A DNA stretch of 64,000 nt from an uncultured delta proteobacterium (GTDB lineage: Bacteria; Desulfobacterota; Desulfobacteria; Desulfobacterales; Desulfosalsimonadaceae): NCBI GenBank assembly GCA_963826785.1, contig CAWGYD010000006.1, positions 576,001-640,000 of the forward strand, read 5' to 3'. A model generated the notes under the pieces. That model worked only from the letters and a program-made list of their open reading frames with translations, had not been told where the DNA came from and made no database searches. Below are positions 1 to 11,066 of this stretch, piece by piece (position 1 is the stretch's first letter; every line of letters begins with the position of its first letter). A program made the position numbers and the translations under genes.

Positions 1-1025
1 AGCTGCTTAAAGGCGGGACGGCTGTTCACCGCCTCGGCCATGGCCCGGTCGATGGATGCGCCGGTCTCGGCCAGGGCCATTTTGGCCTTCCACAGGGTGA
101 TGGGGTCGACATTCTGGGCGATTTCATCGATCTTGGCAGAGAGCAGCTGGGGCATCTTCGGTACCCCGGGTTCGCCCAGAAGGGCCGATCCGGTGTGGAT
201 TTTTCGGGCCAATTCGGTGAGTTGGTTGAATAATCCGGCGGCGGGGCGCGCGTCGATTTCTCTTATAAAGGAGAGGATAACGTCGGTTAAGAGATCCGGG
301 GGCATCTCGTTTAGTTTTTCAAGGGAGATGTCCAGGGCGTCGGTGGCCATGTTGACCACCGAGGGGATAAGCGACAGCAGCAGGACCACCTTGGCCGGGT
401 ACTGCCACATCACCTGGTTGGCCATTTTCACCAGTGCGCTGGCGTCTTTGGCCGAGTGGTCCACCATTTCCTTTAATTCCCCGAAATCGATGGTCTCGAT
501 CCAGTTTTTAAAGCCCGGCGCAAGCGTCCGTGCAAAAAACTCGGGGTCATCCTTGTGGATATCGTTTAATATCCGGCATCCCCGGGTGATCAGGGTCCCG
601 GTCTGACCGGTGGCCAACCGGGCCGCCAAATCGCCAAACAGTTCCTTTTTTTCCCCGGTCTCCATCTGTTCAATGGTTTGGGCGGCGGTGTTGACCAGGT
701 CGAACAGCCCATTGACCAACTCCGGCAGGGGGCCGGTGATGTCGCGGATGAAGTGCCCGTCTTTAAAAAGGTACTGAAGCTCCGGATTTTCAAGCACGTC
801 ATCGGGGCGGGAGAGGCTCTTTTCGAGATACCTGCCCACCATCTTCAAAATGAATTTCTTGATTTTCTTGTCCCCGGCCACCACGGCCAGGACATCGGGC
901 AAAACGGCGGCCAGGCTCTGCCGGATTTCCCGGGTGGCAAGGAGCCGGGCGATGGCCGTATTCGTTTCTGTTTCCGAGACCCGCTCGATGCCCGGCGGCA
1001 ATTCTGTGGGATGGATGGATTTCAT
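1..1025 (-). CDS. Hypothetical alpha-helical protein, runs off the left edge (not in ORF track)
   Basis: Manual translation from ATG at 1025 (GAGGGA upstream): MKSIHPTELPPGIERVSETETNTAIARLLATREIRQSLAAVLPDVL... stays open to position 1; lies 44 bp downstream of the GMC gene on the same strand. Confidence 0.8.
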   Translation of the reverse strand, partial: MKSIHPTELPPGIERVSETETNTAIARLLATREIRQSLAAVLPDVLAVVAGDKKIKKFILKMVGRYLEKSLSRPDDVLENPELQYLFKDGHFIRDITGPLPELVNGLFDLVNTAAQTIEQMETGEKKELFGDLAARLATGQTGTLITRGCRILNDIHKDDPEFFARTLAPGFKNWIETIDFGELKEMVDHSAKDASALVKMANQVMWQYPAKVVLLLSLIPSVVNMATDALDISLEKLNEMPPDLLTDVILSFIREIDARPAAGLFNQLTELARKIHTGSALLGEPGVPKMPQLLSAKIDEIAQNVDPITLWKAKMALAETGASIDRAMAEAVNSRPAFKQ

Positions 1026-1068
1026 GATAGTTCCCTCTTTTAAGGAAAAATATTTCTTTTGCGTTCTT

Positions 1069-2448
1069 CTAAAGCGCCGCGGCCGCTTTGGGCATCTCCG
1101 GGGAGAGTCGATGTGCGGCATCGTTTATCTCGGGCTTTTTCCCGGCCTGATCCAGCTGATCCAGGGCCAGCAGATGTTTGGATAATCGGCGGCCCAGAGA
1201 CAATATGGTGGCGGTGGGCGGCAAGCCCCATTCCTGGGGGATGACCGAGGCATCGCACACATAGAGGTTGTCGAATTTCGTTTTAAGATCCGTATCCACG
1301 TGCTCGCCGATCTTGACCGTCCCGCCGGGGTGGGCGGCAAACATCCAGCCCCGGTAAATATCCGTGGCGCCGGCATGGGCAAGAATCCGCCGGGCGTGGT
1401 CGGCCCCCTTGTTCAGCTTTGCCTTGTCTTCTTTCGTCACGGATTTGGCCACCCATCCGTTTTTCGTGATCCGGCCGCCCAGGTCGTCTCTGATCTTGAT
1501 CATGATGGGAAGCACGTTTCTGTAGGCAAAGGCCTGTTTGATCTTGAACACCTCCAGGTCAAACAGGATCTTCATGAGATGCGGCATGTTGAAGTCGGTC
1601 ATGACGATGCCGTCATCGGCAAAATGGACCCCGGCGCTCATGGGGACGGCCCTGCCGTTGCCCAGCCCCCTGATCTTCCCGTAAACAAAGATCAGCGGAT
1701 CATAGAAGAAATCGTATCCCGTACCCTGCATGCCGGATTTGCGCAGGATCAAGGGAGATCCGATGCCGCCGGCGGCGATGATCGTCTTCGGCGCATAGGC
1801 CCGGTATTTTTCCTTGCCGCGGGTGTATTCGACCCCGACGGCGGCCTTGTTTTCGATGATCACCTTTTCCACCCGGGCATGGTTGATCATGGTGGCGCCG
1901 CTTCCCAGTGCATCGTCGATGAAATGCCGGGCGTTCCACTTGGCCCCGTAGGGGCATCCGTAGCTGCAGAGCTGGCATTTCACCCGGCATTTGTCCTGGT
2001 AGATGAACTTGTTGAGTTTGTGGGCGTCATATCCCAGGTCCTGTGCGCTTTCCAGAAATCGCCGCGGCCCCGCGGCCATCAGTTCATCGGCCAGAGGCGC
2101 CATGGGGATTTGATTCTTCATTTCCGAGGCTTCGGCCGAGACGTCCACGCCGTAGGTGTTGAGCATTTCCACCGGGGGATCAAAGGCGGTGCCGCAGTAA
2201 ATCAGGGAGCTGCCGCCGGTAGTGATGGCGCGGATCATCCCCAGCATTTGATTGGTGATCAACAGGCTTTTTCCGGGGATAAACGCCTGGGGCAGGACCT
2301 GGGTGAACTTGCCCCGGATGGGGTCGTTGTCCCCCCATTCCAGGATCAGCACTTTTTTGCCGTTTGCGGACAGGTCCTTTGCCACGGTGGCGCCGCCGGG
2401 GCCGCTGCCCACCACGATGGCGTCAAATTCGGTATTGGGGGATTTCAT
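1069..2448 (-). CDS. GMC-family FAD oxidoreductase with Cys cluster (copy 1)
   Basis: N-terminal DAIVVGSGPGG dinucleotide motif, CxxxCxxCxxGCP, AAGGIGSP, HPGGT, NLYVCDAS. Confidence 0.9.
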   Translation of the reverse strand: MKSPNTEFDAIVVGSGPGGATVAKDLSANGKKVLILEWGDNDPIRGKFTQVLPQAFIPGKSLLITNQMLGMIRAITTGGSSLIYCGTAFDPPVEMLNTYGVDVSAEASEMKNQIPMAPLADELMAAGPRRFLESAQDLGYDAHKLNKFIYQDKCRVKCQLCSYGCPYGAKWNARHFIDDALGSGATMINHARVEKVIIENKAAVGVEYTRGKEKYRAYAPKTIIAAGGIGSPLILRKSGMQGTGYDFFYDPLIFVYGKIRGLGNGRAVPMSAGVHFADDGIVMTDFNMPHLMKILFDLEVFKIKQAFAYRNVLPIMIKIRDDLGGRITKNGWVAKSVTKEDKAKLNKGADHARRILAHAGATDIYRGWMFAAHPGGTVKIGEHVDTDLKTKFDNLYVCDASVIPQEWGLPPTATILSLGRRLSKHLLALDQLDQAGKKPEINDAAHRLSPEMPKAAAAL

Positions 2449-2593
2449 GGCATGTGCCTCCTCATGGATGTGTGGATCGGATGAAATGAAAAACCTTCAG
2501 CAGGCGTTATCCCGCCCGGGTATTTTTGTTCGCACTCGCTCAACCGCTTTGGGAAAATCGTAACCATGATGCGCACCGTGAACAATGTTTGGA

Positions 2594-2648
2594 ATGTCGA
2601 CTGTCGACCGTCGACATGAATACTAATTTTTAAAATATCCGGTGTCAA
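2594..2648 (-). promoter_or_regulatory. Sigma70 promoter for GMC copy 1 with palindromic operator over the start site
   Basis: Minus strand TTGACA (2648-2643), 17 bp spacer, TAGTAT (2625-2620); just downstream is the near-perfect palindrome ATGTCGACTGTCGACCGTCGACAT (2594-2617). Confidence 0.7.
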
Positions 2649-2757
2649 GAAATTAAATGACCCGATTGAAATCCTTTGAAATCATATGTATGATTACCGG
2701 GTATATCCGTGATGACGGCAGGAATTAATTTTAACCGAATACGCGCAAGAGGGGAGT

Positions 2758-3147
2758 ATGGCTTCAGCAGGTGACGACAGGCTCAAAGGGATTTTAGATG
2801 ATGTTTATCGCAGCCGGGAGGCAAAGGAGAAGACGTACCGGGATCGGGCCTTAAAAATGTTTCCGCACGTCTGCGGCCGCTGCGGCCGGGAGTTTGAAGG
2901 AAAACGCCTCCGGGAACTCACCGTGCATCACAGGGACCACAACCACGACAACAATCCGCCCGATGGCAGCAACTGGGAGCTGTTGTGCCTTTACTGCCAT
3001 GACAACGAGCATGACCGGGATTCGGTGGCGCAATCCTATGACAGGGAGTCCCCGAATCGCGAAGCGGCTGTCGATTCAGATTTCAAGCCGTTTGCCGGAT
3101 TGGCGGACCTGCTTCGAAAAAAACAGTCGGAAACGAAAAAAAAATAA
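2758..3147 (+). CDS. yajD: YajD-family HNH nuclease-like protein
   Basis: YRDRALKMFPHVCGRCGREF...LRELTVHHRDHNHDNNPPDGSNWELLCLYCHDNEH is the YajD signature. Confidence 0.9.
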   Translation: MASAGDDRLKGILDDVYRSREAKEKTYRDRALKMFPHVCGRCGREFEGKRLRELTVHHRDHNHDNNPPDGSNWELLCLYCHDNEHDRDSVAQSYDRESPNREAAVDSDFKPFAGLADLLRKKQSETKKK

Positions 3148-3155
3148 GGGCCGAC

Positions 3156-4517
3156 CTAAGAAGCCGCCATCACCTTCTGTTCCGGTCTGGGTGCGGCCAC
3201 CGCCGCAAGCTTTCTTTTCCCGGGGGCTTCGGCTGCCGTGAGATGCCGGGCCAGCCGCTTGCCCAGGGCCAGGATGGACCAGGTGGGGGGCAGGCCCCAT
3301 TCTTCCGGCATGACCGAGCAGTCGCACACGTAGAGGTTCTCAAATCTGGTCTGCAGGTTGGCGTCCAGCTGCTCGCCCAGTTTTACCGTTCCGCCCGGGT
3401 GGGCCGCGATCGTCCAGCTCTTGTAAATTTCTTTGGCGCCGGCATTGGACAGGATCCGCCGGGCATGGGCGGCCCCCTTTTCCAGCTTGAGGTTGTCCTC
3501 CCGGGTCAGGGGCTTTCTCACCCAGCCGCCCCGGGTGATCTCTCCGGACAGATCGTCGCGGACCTTGATCATGATGGGAATCACGTCGGCATAGGCAAAC
3601 GACTGCTTCACCTTGAGAATTTCCAGATCAAAGGCGATTTTCATCAGGCGGGGCATGTTGAAATCGGTCATGACGATGCCGTCGTCGGCAAAATGGACGC
3701 CGGTGCTCATGGGGATGGCCCTGCCGCCGCCGGTCCCCTTGACCTTGCCGTAGACGAAAACCAGCGGATCGAAGAAGAAGTCAAACCCGGTGCCGCGCAT
3801 CCCGCTGTTTCGAAGGATCATGGGGGAGCCGATGCCGCCGGCTGCCACGATAATTTTTTCCCCAAAGACCTGTGTTTTTTTCTTGTTGTGGGTGTATTCG
3901 ACGCCGACCGCTTTCTTGTTTTCGATGATGACCCTGTTTACCCGGGCCTTGTTGATCATGGTCGCGCCGCTGGCCTGCGCTTCGTCCACGAAATGGCGGG
4001 CGTTCCATTTGGCGCCGTGGGGGCAGCCGTACATGCACCGCTGGCAATCGGCCCGGCATTTGGAAGCATCGATGAACTTTTCCAGCTTGTGGGCGTCGTA
4101 TCCCAGGTCCAGCGCGCTGTCCAGGAAACGCCGGGGCCCGGGCCCATGAGTTCGTCGGGAAGTTGGGCAATGGGCACGTCTTTTCTGACCGCCTCGGCTT
4201 CCCCGGATGATGTCCACGCCGTATTTTTTGAGCATTTCCACGGGCGGGGCAAATGCCGTGCCGCAGTAGATCAGGGAGCTTCCCCCGGTGGTGGTGGCGC
4301 GGACAATGGGGACCGCCTGGGAGGTCATGACCACGCTTTTACCGGGTACGAATGCCCGGGGAAATGCATTGAATATCGTGCCCTTGATGGGGTCGTTGTC
4401 ACCCCATTCCAGGATGAGCACCTTTTTGCCGGCCAGGGAAAGATCTCTGGCGACGGTGGCCCCTCCCGGCCCGCTGCCCACCACGATGGCATCATAATCG
4501 GTTTTCATTGATTCCAT
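3156..4517 (-). CDS. GMC-family FAD oxidoreductase (copy 2); about 25 codons read out of frame between two compensating indels
   Basis: Colinear with copy 1 along its length; the homologous peptide GEAEAVRKDVPIAQLPDELMGPG lies in another frame at about 4133-4208. Confidence 0.88.
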   Translation of the reverse strand: MESMKTDYDAIVVGSGPGGATVARDLSLAGKKVLILEWGDNDPIKGTIFNAFPRAFVPGKSVVMTSQAVPIVRATTTGGSSLIYCGTAFAPPVEMLKKYGVDIIRGSRGGQKRRAHCPTSRRTHGPGPRRFLDSALDLGYDAHKLEKFIDASKCRADCQRCMYGCPHGAKWNARHFVDEAQASGATMINKARVNRVIIENKKAVGVEYTHNKKKTQVFGEKIIVAAGGIGSPMILRNSGMRGTGFDFFFDPLVFVYGKVKGTGGGRAIPMSTGVHFADDGIVMTDFNMPRLMKIAFDLEILKVKQSFAYADVIPIMIKVRDDLSGEITRGGWVRKPLTREDNLKLEKGAAHARRILSNAGAKEIYKSWTIAAHPGGTVKLGEQLDANLQTRFENLYVCDCSVMPEEWGLPPTWSILALGKRLARHLTAAEAPGKRKLAAVAAPRPEQKVMAAS

Positions 4518-4659
4518 GGCAACCTCCTTCTTTGTTTTTCATGTGGGGCCTGGGCGGCAGAGGTGGTGAGGGATCCGGCCTTGATTAAAAAGCTTCCTGC
4601 GGCCGGGTTGCGGCAGGCGTTTGCCGAGGCCAATTACCCTTTTACGGGAAACCCTTTTT

Positions 4660-4691
4660 TATATATAAGTAATTTTCAAATACATTGTCAA
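4660..4691 (-). promoter_or_regulatory. Probable sigma70 promoter for GMC copy 2
   Basis: Minus strand TTGACA (4691-4686) followed 17-18 bp later by a TATATA-rich box. Confidence 0.5.
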
Positions 4692-4761
4692 CACATGCGA
4701 TCCGTGTTCACCCGATACCGGCCCGGTGGGTCGGCGTGAAGATCAGCCCGGAGAATAATCC

Positions 4762-5838
4762 ATGAATGAACAGATTCGAGATTTGATGGAGGCCCATGTC
4801 GCGCATGAGCTTGACCGGTTCAAGGAAGAAAACTTCAGAAAAGCCGTGGCCGCAGAGGTGGATGCCTTTTTCGATTGGAGTGCGGCGATCCGGCTCAGGG
4901 ATGCGGCAGATTCCGAACGCATACTGGCGATCGTAAAAAGATCCGTGGTGGAAATCCAATTCGACCCTGAGGCGGCGCACCTGGTGGGCGAATGGATCCG
5001 GGTGGTGCTCGATCTGCCGGAAAACCGGACCACCCCGGTAAAGGAAGTGGTCGCTCGCGGCCCCTATGCCGAGGCGGTTCAAAAGATCGCAACCCTGGAA
5101 GGGGCCAGAAAGCGCCTGATCCGGCGGTTTGTCGTCAGTCGGGTCTATTCGCGGCAGATCGCGGATGTCCTGTATGCGGGTATCCGGGATTTTCTCATGG
5201 AGGAAAATTTGATCACCCGGAAGATTCCCGGAATGGCCTCCCTGATCAAGTTCGGCCGGCTGGCCGTAAACAAGACCATGCCGCCCCTGGAGTCGCTCAT
5301 AGAAGCCACCGTGAAGCGATATATCGAAATCAACCTGACACGGATGCTTCGCCGGAGCGAGCGTTCCTTAAATGACTATTTCACCGCAGACCGGATCATA
5401 AATGCGGGAAACCGGATGTGGGAATCAGCCGAAAACAGACCTCTTTGCGAATACGCGGACCGGATCGATCCCGGGCAGACGGAGGAATTCAGGCGCCTGG
5501 GAAAAGATTTCTGGCGTCACTTCCGGCAAACCCCCTTTTTTGAAGCCGTCTGCCGGGGCCTGGCCGGTTACGTGTTTGCCGAGTACGGGGATCGAAAGCT
5601 AAATGAAATATGGCAAGCCGCGGGCATAACGCCTGAACTGGTGACGGACAATATCCTGGATGCACTTACCCCCGCCATTGAAACGGGGCTTGCCACCGGT
5701 TTTCTGGCCGCACGCATCCGTGCCCGCCTGGAATCATTTTACCTGTCGGATGCGGCAGGACAGGCATTAAGCGAGAAACCGGCTGTTGAAACCGGTCAGC
5801 AAAAGAAAGGCCGGAAAAGAAAAATCAACGAGGGCTGA
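4762..5838 (+). CDS. Hypothetical alpha-helical protein
   Basis: 358-aa ORF with GGAGAA RBS, divergent from GMC copy 2; no motif recognised. Confidence 0.75.
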   Translation: MNEQIRDLMEAHVAHELDRFKEENFRKAVAAEVDAFFDWSAAIRLRDAADSERILAIVKRSVVEIQFDPEAAHLVGEWIRVVLDLPENRTTPVKEVVARGPYAEAVQKIATLEGARKRLIRRFVVSRVYSRQIADVLYAGIRDFLMEENLITRKIPGMASLIKFGRLAVNKTMPPLESLIEATVKRYIEINLTRMLRRSERSLNDYFTADRIINAGNRMWESAENRPLCEYADRIDPGQTEEFRRLGKDFWRHFRQTPFFEAVCRGLAGYVFAEYGDRKLNEIWQAAGITPELVTDNILDALTPAIETGLATGFLAARIRARLESFYLSDAAGQALSEKPAVETGQQKKGRKRKINEG

Positions 5839-5885
5839 TTTTTCAGATCGCAACGAAATATGTCCGGATGCTCAACCTCCCATAA

Positions 5886-5917
5886 CCCTCTCAAGGGGGG
5901 TAATCCCCTTGAGAGGG
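5886..5917. terminator. Hairpin between convergent genes (probable terminator)
   Basis: CCCTCTCAAGGGG / CCCCTTGAGAGGG 13-bp stem. Confidence 0.65.
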
Positions 5918-5957
5918 CACAGAAAATCCAAACTCCCGGCTTTTTTTGATCAAAAGG

Positions 5958-7302
5958 TTACTTGAACTGGGCCGATTCCGTGGAATCCTCCATGGCGCCC
6001 ACCGAGCTTTTGCCGCCGGTGATGGTGTTCATCACCCGGTCGAAATAGCCGGTTCCCACAAAGGCCTGGTGGGTGATGGCCCGGTATCCGCCCTTCTTCC
6101 CGTCGTCGAACTCCTTTTGCTGGAATTTTGAATAGGCCATCATCCCCTCGTCCTTATAGCTTGACGGCCAGGTCGAACATGCCCAGGTTCAGCGTATGGA
6201 ACCCGGCCAGGGTGACGAACTGGAACTTGTATCCCATGGCCCCCAGCTCCCGCTGGAATTTGGCGATGTCGGCATCGTCCATGTGGGCCTGCCAGTTGAA
6301 GGAGGGAGAGCAGTTGTAGGACAGCAGCTTGTCCGGGTATTCCCGGCGGATGCCTTCGGCGAATTTTTTGGCCTGCTCGAGATCCGGTTTGGAGGTCTCG
6401 CACCAGATCATGTCCGCATAGGGGGCATAGGAGAGTCCCCGGGCGATGGCGGATTCCACCCCGGGCTGGATATAGTAGAATCCCTCGTCGGTGCGCTGGG
6501 AGCTGGTGATGAAGGGGAGGTCCCGTTCATCGATGTCGGAGGTGAGCAGCTTGGCGGCGTCCGCGTCCGTGCGGGCGACCAGGATGGTGGGCACGTCGCA
6601 GATGTCGGCGGCCAGGCGCGCGGCGGCCAGCTTGGTGATGAATTCCCGGGTGGGGACCAGGACTTTTCCGCCCAGGTGTCCGCATTTTTTCGCCGAAGCC
6701 AGCTGGTCCTCGAAATGGACGCCTGCAGCACCCGCTTCGATCATGGATTTCATCAGCTCAAAGGCATTCAGCGGCCCCCCGAATCCGGCTTCGGCATCGG
6801 CCACAATGGGGGCGAACCAGTAAGGTCCGTCCAGCCGGCAGTCGAGCACCTGGATCTGGTCGGCCCGGCGGAAGGCGTTGTTGATGCGCCGCACCACGTT
6901 GGGGACGCTGTTGGAGGGATACAGGCTCTGGTCGGGGTACATCTCGCCTGCCAGATTGGCATCCGCCGCCACCTGCCAGCCGCTGACATAAATCGCCTTG
7001 AGACCCGCCTCCACCTGCTGGACGGCCTGGTTGCCGGTCAGTGCCCCCAGGGCGGGAATGAACGCTTCCTTGTGCAGCAGCCCCCACAGGCGGATGGCGC
7101 CGGCCGTGGCAAATGTATACTCCGTTTTCATGGTGCCCCTGAGGTTGAGCACATCCTCTGCGGTATAGGGGCGCACAATCCCCTTCCAGCGCGGATCGGT
7201 TTTCCATGAATTTTCCAGGGCGCTGTGCTCTTCCGGATCGATCTGGTGACAGGAATGCCGCTTCTCGAGTTCAATCAATTTTTCATCAATGGTCTTGGTC
7301 AT
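5958..7302 (-). CDS. aceA: Isocitrate lyase, interrupted by a +1 frameshift near 6160 (sequence error or pseudogene)
   Basis: [13 protein letters not shown], catalytic [18 protein letters not shown]; the C-terminus ([11 protein letters not shown]...STESAQF) continues in ORF 5958-6143. Confidence 0.93.
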
Positions 7303-7314
7303 TTCACTCTTCCT

Positions 7315-8916
<1,602 letters not shown>

Positions 8917-9103
8917 CTCCTCCCATCTGTTCGTTGTTCGGTTTTCTTAAGATGGCAAATGGTGAATCTGATTTGACTTGCCGGAATTCATATTATTATC
9001 ATAGTTTATAATAACAACTCGTTTTGGATTTGTCACAGATCGTTTTATCATCACCAAAAGCAAATGGCGGATTCGGCTGGAGTCAGGGCCGCAGGAATGT
9101 TTA

Positions 9104-10885
9104 ATGGGGAAAAATATGACGTTATCGGCTGAAAAACCCGCCCGGTCCATCCTGGATGCCTTCGATGATTATCATGAGCGGTTCAGGCGCATTACCCTGC
9201 GGGCGGAAAAACGGTTCAGGGAAGAAGACTGGACCGGGTTCCGGAATGATGCGGCCGAACGCCTGGATGTGTATGGCCAGCGGGTGGATCAGGCGGTGTC
9301 TGAAACCACCGGCGCAATCCGGGACATTGATCCGCCGGAGCCGTTCTGGCGGGAAATCAAGGCGCGCTTTGCCGACATCACCGAAAAAAGGGACGACCGC
9401 CTCCTGGCCGAAACGTTTTTTAATTCCGTGACCCGCCGGGTTTTTGCCGTTGTGGGCGTAAACCCGGACATCGAATTTTCAGTGGCGGATTTTGAAGTGC
9501 CCGCGGCCGCAGACACCATCTGCCCGGAGTGCAGCGCATATGTCCACGGCGCGTCCGGGCCGGATACCCTAAAGATGGTGCGCGACATTCTTCTGGCTTT
9601 TCACGGCCGGATTCCCCTCTATGATATGGACGCGGATGCCGGGCGGATGGCGGTGACCATAGAAGCGCACCTGGCCCGCCTCGGCCTGGCGGGGGAGCGG
9701 ATGCGGGTGGAAATGGCGGACCCCGTATTCTACCGGGACAAGATCGCCTACCTGCTGGGGCGCATGCTCATTGCCGGGGCGGTGGTCCCGCTGGTGGTAT
9801 GCATCCTGCACATGGATGGCCGGTGCTTCGTGGATGCCGTGCTGATGGATGAAGACGACGTGAGCATCCTGTTTTCCTTCGCACGTTCGTATTTTCATGT
9901 CATCATCGATTATCCGGAGGAGCTGGCCGGGTTCATCAAGACCATCATTCCCCAGAAGCGCCTTTCCGAAATCTATACTTCCCTGGGATATCACAAGCAC
10001 GGCAAGGCCGAGCTTTTCCGGGAGCTGACGCGCAGCCTGGAACATTCCGGGGACCGGTTTGAAATCGCCCGGGGGGAGGCGGGGATGGTGATGTTCGTGT
10101 TTACCATCCCTTCCTTCGACGTGGTGTTCAAGATCATCCGGGACGCCTTCGATTACCCCAAGCACACCACTGCCGATGCCATCAAGGAGCGCTACCGGCT
10201 GGTGTTCAGGCACGACCGGGCCGGCCGCCTGGTGGATGCCCAGGAATTCGATCACCTCGAATTCGACCGCGCCCTGTTTCCCGAAGCGTTCTTAAAAGAG
10301 TTGACCCGCAAGGCGGGCAAAAACATCGTCGTCACCCGAAAAAACCTGGTCATCCGGCACCTGTACACGGAGCGGCGGCTGACTCCTCTGAACCTGTATA
10401 TCCAGGAGAATCCGCCGGAAGCGGCCACCCGGGCGCTCATCGATTACGGCTGGGCGGTAAAGGAGCTGGCGGCGAGCAACATCTTTCCGGGCGACCTGTT
10501 CTTCAAGAATTTCGGGGTGACCCGGCACGGCCGGGTGGTATTCTATGATTATGACGAGTTGAAGCTTTTGTCCGAATGCCGATTCCGGAAAAAGCCGGAA
10601 GCCCGGAGCATGGACGAGGTCATGTCCGATGAACCCTGGTTTGCCGTGTATGAAAACGACGTGTTTCCGGAGGAGTTCAAAACCTTCATTCATTTTCCCG
10701 ACTACGCGAAAGTCCCCTTCGAGTCCCTGCATCAGGACCTGTTTGACGTCGATTTCTGGCAGAATATGCAAAAGCGTGTGGAATCCGAAACGGCCGTCTA
10801 CATTCTTCCCTATGACAGCCGCCGCCGCATCAGCAGCGGTTTTTTGCGCGCATCCTCCGATCATTTCTTTTTCAACCGGAAATAA
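9104..10885 (+). CDS. aceK: Isocitrate dehydrogenase kinase/phosphatase
   Basis: AETFFNSV, FSFARSYF, GMVMFVFT, VFKIIRD, HDRAGRLVD, NIFPGDLFFKNFGVTRHGRVVFYDYDE. Confidence 0.95.
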   Translation: MGKNMTLSAEKPARSILDAFDDYHERFRRITLRAEKRFREEDWTGFRNDAAERLDVYGQRVDQAVSETTGAIRDIDPPEPFWREIKARFADITEKRDDRLLAETFFNSVTRRVFAVVGVNPDIEFSVADFEVPAAADTICPECSAYVHGASGPDTLKMVRDILLAFHGRIPLYDMDADAGRMAVTIEAHLARLGLAGERMRVEMADPVFYRDKIAYLLGRMLIAGAVVPLVVCILHMDGRCFVDAVLMDEDDVSILFSFARSYFHVIIDYPEELAGFIKTIIPQKRLSEIYTSLGYHKHGKAELFRELTRSLEHSGDRFEIARGEAGMVMFVFTIPSFDVVFKIIRDAFDYPKHTTADAIKERYRLVFRHDRAGRLVDAQEFDHLEFDRALFPEAFLKELTRKAGKNIVVTRKNLVIRHLYTERRLTPLNLYIQENPPEAATRALIDYGWAVKELAASNIFPGDLFFKNFGVTRHGRVVFYDYDELKLLSECRFRKKPEARSMDEVMSDEPWFAVYENDVFPEEFKTFIHFPDYAKVPFESLHQDLFDVDFWQNMQKRVESETAVYILPYDSRRRISSGFLRASSDHFFFNRK

Positions 10886-11066
10886 TTACACTTCCTGAAG
10901 CAGCAAGACTCGGCAAGGGGGGCCTGCGGCGGTTCTGGTCCCCATTTTTTCATTATGGCGTGGGTTGTTGAACCGCATTGATTTCATGCATGACATGCGG
11001 TATGAAAGGGAACCGGAGCGGGGCCGATCAAACCGGCCGCCATCGATCCGATCATATCTGTAAAGG

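Noticed and set aside
2758..3147. HNH protein as a homing endonuclease or defence system
   Set aside because: Matches the widespread chromosomal YajD family; no intron, methylase or mobile context
6154..6165. Programmed ribosomal frameshift in aceA
   Set aside because: No slippery sequence or stimulator; nearby indels in the GMC gene point to consensus error
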